Counted from the stretch's first letter, positions 1-14,366 are shown. The stretch: 64,000 bases of DNA from Parasitella parasitica NRRL 2501 (GCA_025201805.1 MU619272.1:1-64000), one strand, 5' to 3'. Translations and numbers: made by a program. The notes: a model not told the origin generated them from the letters alone.

Positions 1-136
1 GTTAATCAAAACCTATTATATTCTCTCTTATCTAACATTTGCCCAAACATTGCATAGTGTATATCACGTGTTTTTCCTCCATATTATACTTGCTGGTTAC
101 CTACTATTGAATTCTACATCTGACAGAAGAAAGGAC

Positions 137-207
137 GCGCGGTTGGTTAAGTGGTATAATCTTCGCCTGCCACGCGAAGGGCCGGGGTTCGATTCCCCGA
201 TCGCGCA
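137..207 (+). tRNA. tRNA-Gly(GCC), intronless
   Basis: Full cloverleaf: acceptor GCGCGGT/ATCGCGC+A, D arm GTTA/TAAT, anticodon arm TTCGC-CTGCCAC-GCGAA, T arm CGGGG-TTCGATT-CCCCG. A T-run (Pol III terminator) follows. Confidence 0.96.
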
Positions 208-965
208 TCTTTTTATTAAAAATGTGATGTATAGTGCATGTAGCGTTTCAATTCGCATTTGTAAACTCTTCTTGTGTATTTACACCATTGCCAATGTTTT
301 TCTTGATTTAAAATAAAATTATCAAATCAAGCGGAACATTTTATCATTGTTATATTTGATACAGTACATCTATTAGTAAACAGAATTAATCATGAATTGT
401 CTGTTTAGGAAATTATCTATATTCTAAATTACGAAGGTAACTTCTCTAATGGTCAGCTAATTAAATACGGTATGAATAGGCTCTACTCTGACAAATACTG
501 TTTTGAAGCCTTGTTTGACAGCTAAATGTCCAAGGTATATATAGATTGATTCATGTAGATTTAGTCAATATTAATAAAGTTGTTAATTTTGTACCTGGTA
601 AATCAATGGTCCTAATGATTCTCTGTTTTTATCATATATAATTAGCCTCTGTGCCCTTTTCAAGATCTAGCATAAGAATGGCCCTTATTTATACGTTTTC
701 AAAATTATTTCTCATTTCCAATTCAAGAATTCCATAATAAATATAACAGCCCTGACTCATGTGTTTTCTAGAAGGCAAATTTCGTTCATCGTGCCTTACC
801 CAAGAGTAGCACAATATGCTGTCCTGCATTAATGAGCAAATTTTTATGCACTTTAAGAAGTTTGCTTAGTTCTTTTTATTAACAGTTTATAAAAAGTATG
901 TTCCTACTGCAGGCTATATATTACATACATGATGCTAGCAAAATTATACATGTCTGAAAGATTAA

Positions 966-3267
966 CTACTGCTGACGACGAAAAAAGCTTTTCCAACATT
1001 GAGATGGTCTAATAAAGCCTCTGATCAATGTAAAACGACAAGACGCTATTGTGCTCTTTTTCTTTTGCTTCTGCTGGGATATTTGCTGTTGTTGAGAAGT
1101 TAAATGGTGATGTGGTGGTGCTGGAGGCGAGGTACGACAAATATTATTCAGATAATCTAGTAGGTTCTGCGCATATAGTTTAATGCCTACTTCACCAAAC
1201 AATAGTTTTGGTACGGCCACTAGATATCCTTTTGTGCCCTTTTTCCCTGTTTCTTTTTCAGCTTGAATATAAAAATGCATTCTATCAGTGTCTTGATCAA
1301 GATAACCTGCGCAATAATTACGCATCCCCATCAACTTTTTATTGGCTCTCTGTACAAATATACATGGAAGCGTGAGTGAGTTGATCAAAACATATTTTTT
1401 TGTCGCATGTAAAGAGAATACGAGAAATTTACTTACAGAGTTTCCATTAGGAGAGAATTTGAAAAGCTCATACATTCTCTCTTCAATATTTCCATCAAAT
1501 GTCTCATAAGAAGAATTCTGATTTAGCACGGCTAAAAGCACTTGAGGAGGTGGGGCATTTACAATGGCGCTAGAGATAATCTGGACCATAAGATAGGGGT
1601 CGCCTTCCTCTTTTGTCGTCATATCCTTGGAAAATAGTCTTCCAGCTCCACAGCAATGTACGTCTCCACCCAAAAACGTCACTCTTCTCGATGTTTCCTT
1701 TGCGTACGTTTGAAGACGTCTGATGAAATCTCTTCTTTCAGCTATGTGGTTACTTGCAGTCCAATCTATACATTGGGTGAGGAAAACACAGAGCTATAAA
1801 CCACATTTTACAGACTTACGATCATTCATGTCATCCAACAGCTCGGGATCACCATTCCATTCATTCAGCTGACCAGCTATTAGGTTCCCTAATGTGCCTG
1901 TCTTTCCCACCAGTGTCGCAATGTCAAAACTGGCAACGCTCTCCATTGCTCTTTCAAATAGTGTCAAGCGAGGATATATTAGCGGCACGCCTGTCAACAC
2001 CATAAAATGCTTGACGGTGGACGGCATGCGCCTATACATTTCTGTAAATAATTTATCATACGACTTTTGGGTGCACACTTGACGTTTTGTGCGCTCGCCA
2101 CGTGCATCCAGTGACAAAAGACCAATGGAAGGACCAAGAGTGGTAAGGATATGATTGCACGTGGGCAGTTCACCGCGAATCATTCCATCTCTCTCTGCGC
2201 GCTCTATATTGGTGTGATTCTGGAATGCGTAGTAAAACCGTGATGCATTGGCAAAGAGCACTAGATCCCTGTTAGCGATTTACTTGCTGTTTTTGGTGGG
2301 ATTAATTTAATAGACAAGTTTACCTTCAAAGCAGTCAGCAGATTGCATATCAGCAGGGTAAGATCCATAGCCGTCAATGATATCCTGTAGGTACTGAGTG
2401 TTTAGTATGCAAGTATGTATGTTGTCTTTTCTTTATCAATTTCATTACGTGATCATCCCACATGTTGATTGACGGAATTTCTGCATATGCTTGTGCTTGA
2501 ATTGGACTTTTTTCAAAACTACACATCATTTTTTCTGTAAATCATGCATACGCAAAAAAAAAAGTTCGTCTGTGCGTTTATTACATGTCTTACCTGAAAT
2601 TCTCAATGTAACTCCAAAAGTAAAAATGCTCAAAGCCGTTTCGCATAGACTGTGGAAGCTTCATGGCCAGTCTCTTTACTGGGACTTTTTCCTTCACCCA
2701 TGGCTTCATGAAATCCTCATGAATTAGTCTGTCTTGATACAGTTGGTCACCGCCACCAAGCATGACGTGAAATGGCATCACATGGTGTCTATCAAGAACG
2801 TCTTGCCATAATGGCGCTTCTTTTTCTGCAAATCTTTCCTTTTCTGCCTGAGAAATGTCTGAAAATCCGTTGCAAGAATAAAACATGAATCGCATGGAAT
2901 CTTGGATTGCTGGCAAATGAAACTGAAACTGCTTCGTTGGTACTGTGAAAGCATCGCTAGTGTAGGACGCAGTTTGTGGTTCTTCTAGCAATGGCAGTAA
3001 CAGCTCATAGCGCCAAAAGTAGTACTCATTTCGAAATATGTCAATGGTTTCAACCTGAGCAGGATGCATAATCTTCTCTTTGTGAGTCTTGTTGGATCGT
3101 AATAAAAGAGTCAGTGAAGGAGGACGAGATGAGTCGATGACAATGAGACATGATCCTCGCCAAATTCTCTTTTCGTAGTCGATTTCCATGTAGCGCAGCA
3201 GAGGGCCGCATAAAATGCGTGCTACTGATAATTTCTTTTGCGTTGTAGTGATTTGAGGCTCAAGCAT
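966..3267 (-). CDS. PhoD-like metallophosphatase (YGR266W-type), multi-exon
   Basis: Motifs GPLLRY, FYSCNGFS, HVMLGGGDQLY, NMWDDH-DIIDGYGSYP (spliced), FLGGDVHCC and QIISSAIVN, spread over ORFs 2590-3267, 1794-2261 and 966-1682 joined by GT-AG introns. Confidence 0.88.
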
Positions 3268-3490
3268 TTGAATTTAGATTGTAAGTTTTTTAAGGGTAAG
3301 GGAAAGAGAAGCTATCCCTTTTGATTAGATGATGACATATATAGCATTGGGAACCTGTTGATATGTCACAAGCATCATTATTCAGTTGACATGTTTGCAA
3401 GTTGTGATATGGTGGATGATCAAATATTATTTCATACAGCACAAAAGAGACAAGTCGATTTTTTTATTAAGTATATTAGTATACACTAAT

Positions 3491-4736
3491 TTACTTTGAA
3501 CTTTCAAAGGCAGCCTTGGCCTCGTTAATCTTGTTGAGACGTTGCTTCTTGTTGAGGGAAACATGTCTGCGGTAAGGCTTGGCAGGCTTGCCCTTCTTTT
3601 CAGTGAGTTGTTGCTTGGGGTTCTCACGGATAGCTTCATGAGCTTCTGAGTACATATCCTCAACCTTATCTGAGGAAATACCCTCCTTGATGAAAGTAGC
3701 GAATTGCTTCTTGTAACGCTCTTCATCTTCTTCTTCGAGGTATTCCATGTATTCAGCGACGTGAACACCGTAAATGTAGTTACGGAGGAGTTCGTCATCG
3801 TTAGTCTTGGTTTCAATATCGAAGCCAGGGAAACGGTTACCGTTGTGGGGGACAAAAATACCACCGTCGGAAGCTCCCTTCATGGCACCAAAGACACGAG
3901 CACCAGTGGAGGTACGAGCAAGACCAACATCAAGGAAAGCCTTGAAAGGGCGAGCACCATCGTCAGCAGCTTCAATCTGTTGAACAGTGCCATCGGGCTC
4001 AGCGAAACCTTCGTACTTGTCAGCAAGACCGAGCTTGGTGAGAGTACGACGGGCAAGGAGAAGACCAGTAGCGTAGGCAGAAGCCCAGTTGGTCAAACCA
4101 CCCTTGACGCCATAACGGGGAAGTTCATGAGCATAAGCTGCAGAGAGGACAAAATCACCTTGGAGCTTAGCGTAGATGATTTGGCAGACAATGTCCTTGT
4201 TAGTGAAACGAACTACCAATCTATACTTGGGAGAGTTGTACTTGTTCTTGGCTTGGACAACGAGTCTCTTACGAGCATAGTAGTCAGTCTTACCCTCTAA
4301 ATTAAACAACATTTGCATTAGATAAACGTTGTCAAGAACTCGACACCAACAGAATCAAGTGTAACTGTGTTGGCCGCGTGAATGATCAGCCTACACACTA
4401 CACTTTCTATCCATATGATAGATCGAGCCTCATAGTAATTGCTAAACGGCGTACCTCTTCTTCTACGATACTTGACTTGATAACGCTTGAAATAAGCCTT
4501 GTTCTTTTGTTGCTTGACGAAAGGCTAAATTTTGTGTTTATCAGTACAACGATATTCGCTGCTTTAAAAAGCATGGATGTATACGAGCAACTCTCTTTTG
4601 GGTCTGTAGTGTATCTCGCAGCAAGGCAACCATTAGATGTCCATCCATTATTGATATCCATCCATCAGTTGTCCATCCCGACAGATAAGCATATACAGAT
4701 AAAAGTGATTGCTATGGTCAATCTTATACATACCAT
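3491..4736 (-). CDS. RPL5: 60S ribosomal protein L5 (uL18); exons 4734-4736, 4455-4524, 3491-4296
   Basis: Spliced [36 protein letters not shown], plus [15 protein letters not shown] and [11 protein letters not shown]. Strong codon bias. Confidence 0.97.
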
Positions 4737-5237
4737 TGTTCGACGTTGCTTTGTAAAGGAAGGATCTATAAAATTCAAACTTTTCACCCGTTAATATATT
4801 GCTGAGATGAGTTTCAAAATTTCACGAATACAGCAACCAGTATGTTTGCCCAACGCTGCTTGCATTTAGATCAAGCCCATTGCCAAAAATGCCACAAACT
4901 GGAATTATGTCAATTTCTTGTTAAAGAAACAATAAATGAATTTTATGCAGATAAAATCATGCTGCTTTCTACTGGGATTGTGTATGAATTTCTCATGGTT
5001 CGATCATATTTTGTGGATAACTTGTATATGAGAATGAACTGACCCTTTAAATGTTAATCTATCAGGTCGATTGCATGCATTTCAAGGAGTTATCTATAAT
5101 GAAGTATTTTTTATCAATATTTAACCAATATTTTGCTTTTGTATTTAAGTGATTCATTTTGCTATCCCGCAATCCGGTGAAGCAATCAAACAATACCAAA
5201 TATTGCGGAGGAGAAAAGTTTGTTCATCTTCTTTACC

Positions 5238-5827
5238 ATGCCAACGCATACTGGACCAACTGAAAGATCACCACGATGGCAATTTCGAAAAAAGAAAAAA
5301 CTAGATAAGAGACGGAAAAGGCGACGGGAAGATTTAGAAACAAATAAATTTACTACGGTGTCCACAACAAAAGAGCCTGATGAATCCTTACTCTGGACTG
5401 AAAAACAGAAATACGAGCAAGATAAGCGTAAATGGGAACAGAGAGAAGCCAAATTCAAGCTAGTCGAACTAGCTAAACAAAAAACCAGAGAAAAAGAAGG
5501 AAGAGCAAAGGCATTGACAAAAGTAATATTGAATTTTAACAAGACATAAACCGACTGTCTAACTAAAACTGTACAACTAGAAACGATGGCAAGATACCTT
5601 AATGACACTGCCAATACTTGCTCCTTCCTTTTCGATCAATGACGATGATAAGGTATGCTTTTTTACGTAATTATGCCTAGCATGATTTGCTTATGCTCTG
5701 TTTTTAGACTTGCACCAAAAGTCCTTTCAAGACATTTGTGCAGCCAGCGAACGATGCCAGTAGCTCACCATTGAGAAAGGCTACCTACCGAGAGCGATTT
5801 TTACTAAGAAAACAAAGCAAACAATAA
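5238..5827 (+). CDS. Small basic/coiled-coil protein (158 aa; exons 5238-5522, 5581-5652, 5708-5827) resembling the ZRSR2/Urp N-terminus
   Basis: Two canonical GT-AG introns keep the frame open to TAA 5825-5827. Motifs FRKKKKLDKRRKRRRE and WEQREAK. Confidence 0.65.
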
Positions 5828-5916
5828 CTGCACTTTTGCTAGCCAGTTTCATTCATATTCACTCAAATCATAAAACTCATTGCGAATATTATAACTCAAC
5901 CATATCAGTTTTTATA

Positions 5917-5944
5917 CTTTTTTTTTTTTTTTTTTTTTTTTTTT
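5917..5944. repeat. Poly(T) tract of about 28 nt
   Basis: Seen directly in the sequence. Confidence 0.9.
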
Positions 5945-7055
5945 GAGAAGGCTGAATTTGCAGATCGATGAGCGCATTGTGTGATGAGCATTGATCTAGA
6001 TAAACATTCAAACAAATTTGTAATTTGAAATAGCACAATAAATGTCGAGAATGATAGAGGCAAATATCTCCTGCATAAAATCCAATAACCAATTTCAATT
6101 ATACATGGTCCTCGTTTTGTTTGCAAGATGCTTTGCTGCAATAACGATGATGAAAAAAACAGGGGAATCACGAATGTATTAAATCAAGTGGTTTGGTGAT
6201 GAGGTGCATTAAGTGCCATGTATGAACCAAATCACTACAAACTGTGTCGTTAGTAGAAAAATTTAATGGTGATTTTCAAAATATGGATTGCTTGTAGCCT
6301 TTAGATCTCTGGAGTCTTCAAATGAGATTTAGACATGAACATATAAATTTAAACGTGATTTTGTCTCCTGCCGAGCTTTATAAAGATAATTACCCTCTTG
6401 AAAGAAAGGCGTGTATACATTTGTTTCGAAATTTAGGAACCACACAATAGAATAAAGCCTATACAAACGCATTTGGACAATCACAATCCATCAAAGCAAA
6501 GTTACCGAATAATTTAAGCTTTTTTTTTTTATCGAGATAATCTGGATTACTTTAGACTTTTATAAATCGTCATTTTTCGCCCTATACATCATCGCTTTCC
6601 GTACTGGACCCAGAAAACGCAACTCATCATCTTCTTTGCAAGTGGTAATCTTGTAACATTATGTTCTTTTTCCTCACAACTATATTGAATCAGTTAGGAC
6701 GGATCCTTTTCCTTATACGTAGCGTTACCCGCTCGATAATTATACCAATTTCACACAATCCTCTTTTATACATGTATTCTGCACTCATAAAACAATCCGA
6801 AATTGCCCGAGTTTTTTATCCGTGTTTCCACAGTGCAAAAATGGTGAAGCTGAGATCTTGTTGGGGGAGAGGTGTTTTGATAATCGCCTCTATGTGGGGG
6901 AGGGGGATGCAGAGATAAATGCAACTGTTTGGCCGAATATCAGAATTAAATTCATATAAGTAGAGGATCCTTTTTGATGTTTCTATCCTTTTACTTCTCG
7001 TTTGGTTTCTTTTTTAAATTACCAGCTCGATAACACATACATTCGTTCAAAAACA

Positions 7056-8072
7056 ATGTCAAACTCCAATTTAGACAATTATACCGTATTCAAGCAAGAT
7101 GGAAGCCAACAGTTCTATTGCAGATGGTCCACTGAAGAAGACATACTGCTATCAACGGCAGTAGCAAATCATGGACCTCACAAGTGGACGTTGGTGTCAA
7201 AGTTGATTCCAGGAAGGACTGCAGTGCAATGCTCGACTCGGTGGTTTGGTGCTTTAAAGTAGGCGTATAAATTCATCATCGTTAATCCAAGCCAAAAAAC
7301 TAATTCTTTCTGAAATAGCCCAAACATACTTAAAGGAAAATGGTCCAAGCATGAAGATCTTGCACTGACTCAGGCAGTGCGCTACTTTCAGGCAATCATG
7401 TCGAACATCCCATGGAACAGAGTTGCAGAAAACATCCCTCATAGAACGGGCATCCAATGCCAAGCAAGATGGACGGAGGCACTTGATCCCGCTGTTCGCA
7501 AAGGCAGATGGCATCCTGAAGAAGACAGGCAGCTAAGCGCTGCCATTGTAAAATACGGCTGCTGCTGGATCCGAGTGGCCAGCATGATCCCCACTCGCAC
7601 CCAACGCCAATGCCGTACTCGATGGAATCAGATACACTCGCAGCATTTGAAAGCAGCGTCCACAGCAACTCGAAATGACCCCCAAGCAGCAGTAAAAAAG
7701 CCTTTTAATTTCAATTTCGTGCCATCCATGACAACAAATGGACAACAACCGCTTGCTAATAAGGACCCATTCATCGTTATCTCATCATCGCCGACAGTAG
7801 ACGATATCATTGCTAGCAGTAATACTTGCCAATTTCCATCAAATGCCTCTATAAGCAGCAGCTCTTCGTCATTCTCCTGTGTATCCGATTCATCACCAAC
7901 ATCCATCATATTCCCGATCTCACCTTCTACATCAAGCAGCAATCTGCTGCATCATGAAGCCCAATTATTTCCAGCTATGAAATCATCCAAGGACAGCCTT
8001 GAATCTCCAACCGAATTCACGGATAATCTAGAGTTTGAGTTTTTACTGGATTGCTACACTACACAGCAGTAG
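7056..8072 (+). CDS. Three-repeat Myb transcription factor, 2 exons
   Basis: Three W-spaced Myb repeats (RWSTEED...QCSTRW, KGKWSKHED...QCQARW, KGRWHPEED...QCRTRW) and a Ser-rich C-terminus. Confidence 0.92.
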
Positions 8073-8492
8073 TGAGCTCATTTATGCCTATTATTAATTT
8101 CTTTCATCCCTTATTATAAGCTACACGCACGCACTCATTCCATGCTGTTATAAGTTATTTTACAGTTGTATGCTTCATCGTTTTCATTTATATCATCACT
8201 AATTCAATCATAGTAAAGAAAAAATTCGTTCGTTTGCACTTCCAAATATTGGCCGTGGTTTTCCTCCTTTTTTTCTTTTTTCTTTTTTTTTTTTTTAATA
8301 TTTCTTGAAATGGATACACATGGACTGTTGGGAAATGAGCTACATACAAACATATATGTACATAATTGCGATCGAGATACGGCAACTCACAGTTTACCAA
8401 TATGGAATCGACTATAAAAACTTTAGATGAAGCCTAATTAAGAGTATAACTATGCAACTCCTCAATATTCTGACCATTGGTAATCTGCAATT

Positions 8493-11400
8493 TCAAACAA
8501 ATCTAGGCAGCACGTCTAAGCTTTCAATTGGGCTAGTATCACTTAACTTCAGGGCATAGATCAGACTGTTTTTGGCATCCAACAGGTTTTGCTGATGTGT
8601 GTAGACCTTGCTAAGGAGGTACCTATTTTGTAAGACGACATGTCAAAAAATCACGCTATGCGACATTCATGTACTGTCATGCATCCTTACCATGCCTCTA
8701 TTTGATTCCATCCAAGTCCTCTGGTTATCTTTTCCAACAGCTGCTCGGCTAATTCAAATTGACCCATTTCAACATACATCGATGCTAAGGATATATGCGA
8801 TGCTATATGATCGGGGTCTATGGACAATGCTCTTTTAAATGCATCTACCGATTGTTCTTGCTGCTGTGCTCCCTTTTCCGTGTGGATGAATGCTGCAATT
8901 GTACCGATCTGGTTCCAAACATCTGCATCGTAGCCATGCGTCAATTGATCTGCTTCCACAATTGTTAGAAATGCTTCTCGATATTGTTTCGCATTAACGT
9001 ATGTTGCACTTGTCATGGTCCAGATTCTATTTAAAATGCACTGCCATTGCTTTTGCCATTGATAAAAATAGGCATCTCTTTCTATTGCCGAGGATGTACG
9101 AATCAAAGACTCTTGCTGCTGCTGGAAAGAAGAGGAGAGTTTCTCTTTAGAAAGGGATGGCTTTATGTGGCCTTTTTTTGTGCTTAAACTGCTATTGCTC
9201 GCACGGTCAGAGCAGAGTGTGTTATTGCGAGCATTGTCTATTTTTATATTAGTGACATCCCATATAAAAATTAGTACGCATACCGTTCTTGGTTTCATCA
9301 TCGGGTGGTAATTCAACAAAAATTGATTTTGACGCTGATAGTCTAGAGCTACTGGACCGAAACAGAGATTTAGCACCTAGCAAGTTCTTTGGCATCTTGG
9401 ATTCTCGCTTCTCTTTTTTATCCTTTTTGAGCTTATTTGCTACCGGGAAGCTTAGCAGTGGGTCATCCATGAATTGCCGTGATGTTTTGATTGATTTGCG
9501 ATGATTTCTGGGGCTTTTTCCCTCTGATGATGCTTCTTTCTCTTTCTCTTCTTCGTACACCTTGAACAGAGCAGAAGAGTTTATAAAATCAGCCTCTTTG
9601 TGGTCATTGTCCAAATCAAGAATGTCGTTATCCAACTGCTGCTGCTGTAATGGCGGTGGTAGTGCAAAATTACACGAGTTTAGGCTATCCTTATCTTTAT
9701 GGCTATCAGCTGCCGGTATAATGCTGCTAAAACTATGCATGCTGCCACTGGCATTGCTAGTTGCATCTTGTCGCTGTGAACTTAAGACGGAAGACCTACG
9801 GCTTTGCTTCGGTATCTCTACCACTGCATCGGGACTAAATGACGTTTCAAGGCTCATCTTTTTAGATAGTTTGGCGTACATATCAAGTAGATCTGGGTAA
9901 ACTGCGAGTGCCGCCTCTGCCCCTTCTAACATCTCCAACAGACGAACTTGCGTCATGCGCAGCTTCATATAGGCCACTGCATGACCGAAAAACTTTTGTC
10001 CTTCTTCAGTGTCCAATGAGAGGACCAAACCATAGTCTTGCTCATTACCGAAATCCTCAACCATGTTCAAATGATACCCCAGAGCAGCTTGTATCAGCTG
10101 CAGTGACTTTGGAAGAGCGTGGAATTGGCGAGAGGATTGAACCAGCGAAAGCAAATGCCAGCTAGGAATAAAATCGTCGCGAAGCTTGATGGAACGCTTT
10201 GCTGAGGAAGCAGCGGATAACATGTCTCCTACAATAGCTTGTTGAAGCCCCAGTTCGTAAAACGTTTGCCACGATCGCGAATCTAGTTCAGATGCTCTTT
10301 TAAGAGATGCAATCGATTCTATTAAATACATGGATCTTTTCTTTTCATCGGGGCCTATTTATATAGTATGCATTAGCTTGGACATGAAAAAAAAACAAAA
10401 AAAATTAACAGGTAGACTTACATTGTGATGCGTAAAGGCCGTAAGACACCCCTTGTACCCTTCTACTTTGGGCCATCAATGAACGCCATTGAGTAGCCTT
10501 TTTCTTTTTCAAATGCTCTGATTCCTCCAACAACGCGACTGCAATGTCGCTGAGTGCAGACGCTTCTTGTCCCTGCCTGTGGTGCTGACCAAATAGTTGC
10601 TGTGAGGCAGCAATGATGATTTTAACAACGTCAAACTCCATGTCGCTCTCATATGAGCCGACAGGGGGTTTCTTACGTGGAGTACATCTGGAGACAGGAG
10701 TCTGATCGTTGTCCTCTGATGAAGACAAGTCGTCTTCTTCTTGGTCTTGAGTTCCCTGCAATGATTTGAGCTTTTTTTCCCAGAAAAGCAGGCTGTCGTT
10801 AACGGACGATAATGATTCACTGGCAATGTACTCCAACCGATGTTGAATTGTCTCTGCCACAGTTCCTGGATATGCATTTTCATCTTCGCCATCACTGCTA
10901 TCCGAGATATACTGCTGCTGCTGCTTACAATCCATGTCAAGTACATGTGGTACATTCAATAATCCCAGATATTCAATGAGAGCAAGTCGAGCCTCTTGCG
11001 CTTGTCCCAATTTCAGCAGCGTGTAAAACAAGTGGCGCATCGTACACACACTGTTGAACGTGAATTTGCGGGCTTTCTGCAAATATCTCAAAGTGCGTTG
11101 TGTGTAATCGGTGGGTCCCCACCCTACGGTGTCATGAGCAGTAAAAAGCAGGTTTGTCAGCTCGAGTGCTCTGTGATTAAGATCAGTCGGGTTTTTTTTG
11201 TGATATTCGTTGGCAAACACAGCAAAAAGGCTTTGGAACTGTGCCATAAGCTGGATAGTCTCCTCTAACGCAGCGGCTGAACACTCGAATAGCGTGGTTT
11301 TGCCTGTCTCAGAGAACACAGACTGGGCAGGCAAAAGAATGGGAGAAGCAGGGCTGGGAGATACCGCATTATGAATAAAAATTTTGCACTAAAAACATGT

Positions 11401-12692
11401 GTACATAGTACCTTGTGTACTCATCTTCTGGCGAAGCAGGTACGTACACGCCTTTCTGATATGCTCTTGTCAGATATCGGATGTAATGCCGAAATATAAT
11501 CCACCGCTTATGGATTCTCCACTCTGGTGGCCAATGGGTGCTGCAATAATGCAGATATGTGCGCATCAACTTTAGCGTTTGTTTCACTGGGCCTCTTTTT
11601 CATTGTTATTATTATATGCTATATCTCTAATATTGTCTGTGTTACTTACTTTTTTCGCAGCTGTAGCAGTACCAATCGATAGAGACATTCTTCTAGCCAA
11701 AACGACAGGGATTTGTTCTGCTCTTGCGGGTGCTGCTCTGCGACTTTCAGCGCACTCAGATAGCAATCCAATGCGTCTGAATAATTGCCTTGAATTTCAT
11801 AGCACACGCCTTGGTTTGCCTTAATGTTAGTTTGCGCACAGACGTCTTTGTACAGACTAACCTTTAATCACCCTTGCTTGTACTAACAATACCAGACCAT
11901 ATCCTGCCTCTACATCTTCTAGTCTCAATGCCACTTGTTGCAGCCATTCCAGCGCTTTCTCGTACCGTCCCGTTTCAAAGTAGATTCTAGCCAAGATGAT
12001 TTTGGAGAACTATGTGTTTGGCTTTTGGGTACGTTGAAAAGAAGTCAAAAAAGTGTGCTGCTTCGTACCTGAGCTTGCCAATCATCTGGTGTTTCTAATT
12101 CACCCGATTTAATCCGCCTCTGAATGACATCCAATAATCTGACTAAAACCAATTGTACCTGAGAAGGTAACAGTCGGGGAGCAAGCGAAATGTTACTGGG
12201 ATCGTCCAACTGATAAAATATATCAGACTCCTCTGGATAATTGCTCTTCGCAGTGGATGCCGTCCCAATTGATGATGGTAAATTACCAAGGTTAGAAGAA
12301 GAGCCGATAGAATTTATAATCTGTCGGTTTCTCCATTCTCTTGTTGTAGCTGTGGCTGTTGCCGCAGGCGCTGTCGGTGGCGAGCTTGGCGATGGCAATG
12401 TTGATGATGGCAGATCAGAAACATTGGTGTCCGTAACCGCAATCTCTTGGCGAATCTGCCGAGCAAGCAGGATGAATTCGGCCTCCATTCTTGCAGTAAA
12501 TTCAAGCACTGCGAACAAATGATTAGCCAAATAGTATGCTTATTTTTCGTTTGGCTATGCCAAAAACAAACCTGATTCATAGGGGTGATATTTTTTGTAT
12601 CTTCTGGCTAATTCTGGGATGTTGCTCCATTGCTCGCTACATCGGGCTACGTCTAGGTCTATGAATGTCTGTAGTCCTTTTGGGTTCTCCAT
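8493..12692 (-). CDS. YPP1: Ypp1/TTC7-like TPR scaffold of the PI4KIIIalpha (Stt4) complex, multi-exon
   Basis: N-terminus MENPKGLQTFIDLDVARCSEQWSNIPELARRYKKYHP. Multiple TPRs (PSWHLLSLVQSS, FKRALSIDPDH, RGLGWNQIEAW). Ends PIESLDVLPRFV. Confidence 0.8.
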
Positions 12693-13439
12693 TTTGTTAT
12701 GTAACGAGAGCAAAGAAAACAAAAAGAGAGAAAATAGATGGGGATTCTTAGACATCTGTGAAAAATCAAAATCTGGCAGTAGTGGAACACAAACTAAATG
12801 TGTGAAAATTTGTCCAGCTCCAGAAAAAAGCATTCCTTCACGTGTTCCAACACTTGCCATGAATACAACAAATCGAATTATCTAGTATAACTAACACTTC
12901 AAAATGCAAATTCCGGTATGATTGTTAATGGCTGTTTAGCTTAATTTCTCTGCTTTTTCGGTGTTGAAGTTCTTCTGACATCTTCATCCGCTATCAGTAA
13001 TTTTTAGGGAGTATTTCTCTGTTCGAAAACACCAACATGGCAGCCATTTATGCTAAGCATGTTGTTGCTCAATTGAAAAATATCCATTTGACTTGTCGTC
13101 TTTGTATCGAGCGTTACTCGAAAAAAAAAAACCAAAAAAATAAGCTCAGTGCAAGCTTGTTATCTCGTACTTGCGAGAAAGCTATCAAGACATGCTTGAC
13201 AATCGCACTGTTCATAATCCCTTAAATTTCTTTTAAGAATACCCATATTTTTTCTTTTTAATTCTTTAATCTACTTGAACATTCAACGATAAAAGGTCAT
13301 GCGAGAGTTAAGGGTGTAAAGAAGAAGAATATTAGGCGATAAGAAAGGTTTATTACGGCAAGTGGATTTGTCACAAGAAACGATATAAGGAATATGCATT
13401 AACTATATACTAGTTCATAAGATATACAGGGCATCCACT

Positions 13440-14239
<800 letters not shown>

Positions 14240-14366
14240 TCAAGAGGAGTTATATTTGCTAAATTTTTGGGTTGGTCTCTTTAGACCAATGAGGGAGGGA
14301 TACATGTATCTTGTATTATTTGAAAACAATTTTCTTCGTTTGTCAAGTGCTTCCTTTTTCACTGAA

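Noticed and set aside
50-316. 88-aa ORF
   Set aside because: It overlaps the tRNA-Gly gene and starts at TTG; spurious.
3704-4300. Long antisense and alternative-frame ORFs over RPL5 (likewise over SOD1, TPI1 and CipC)
   Set aside because: These are expected shadows of strong codon bias, with no protein motifs.
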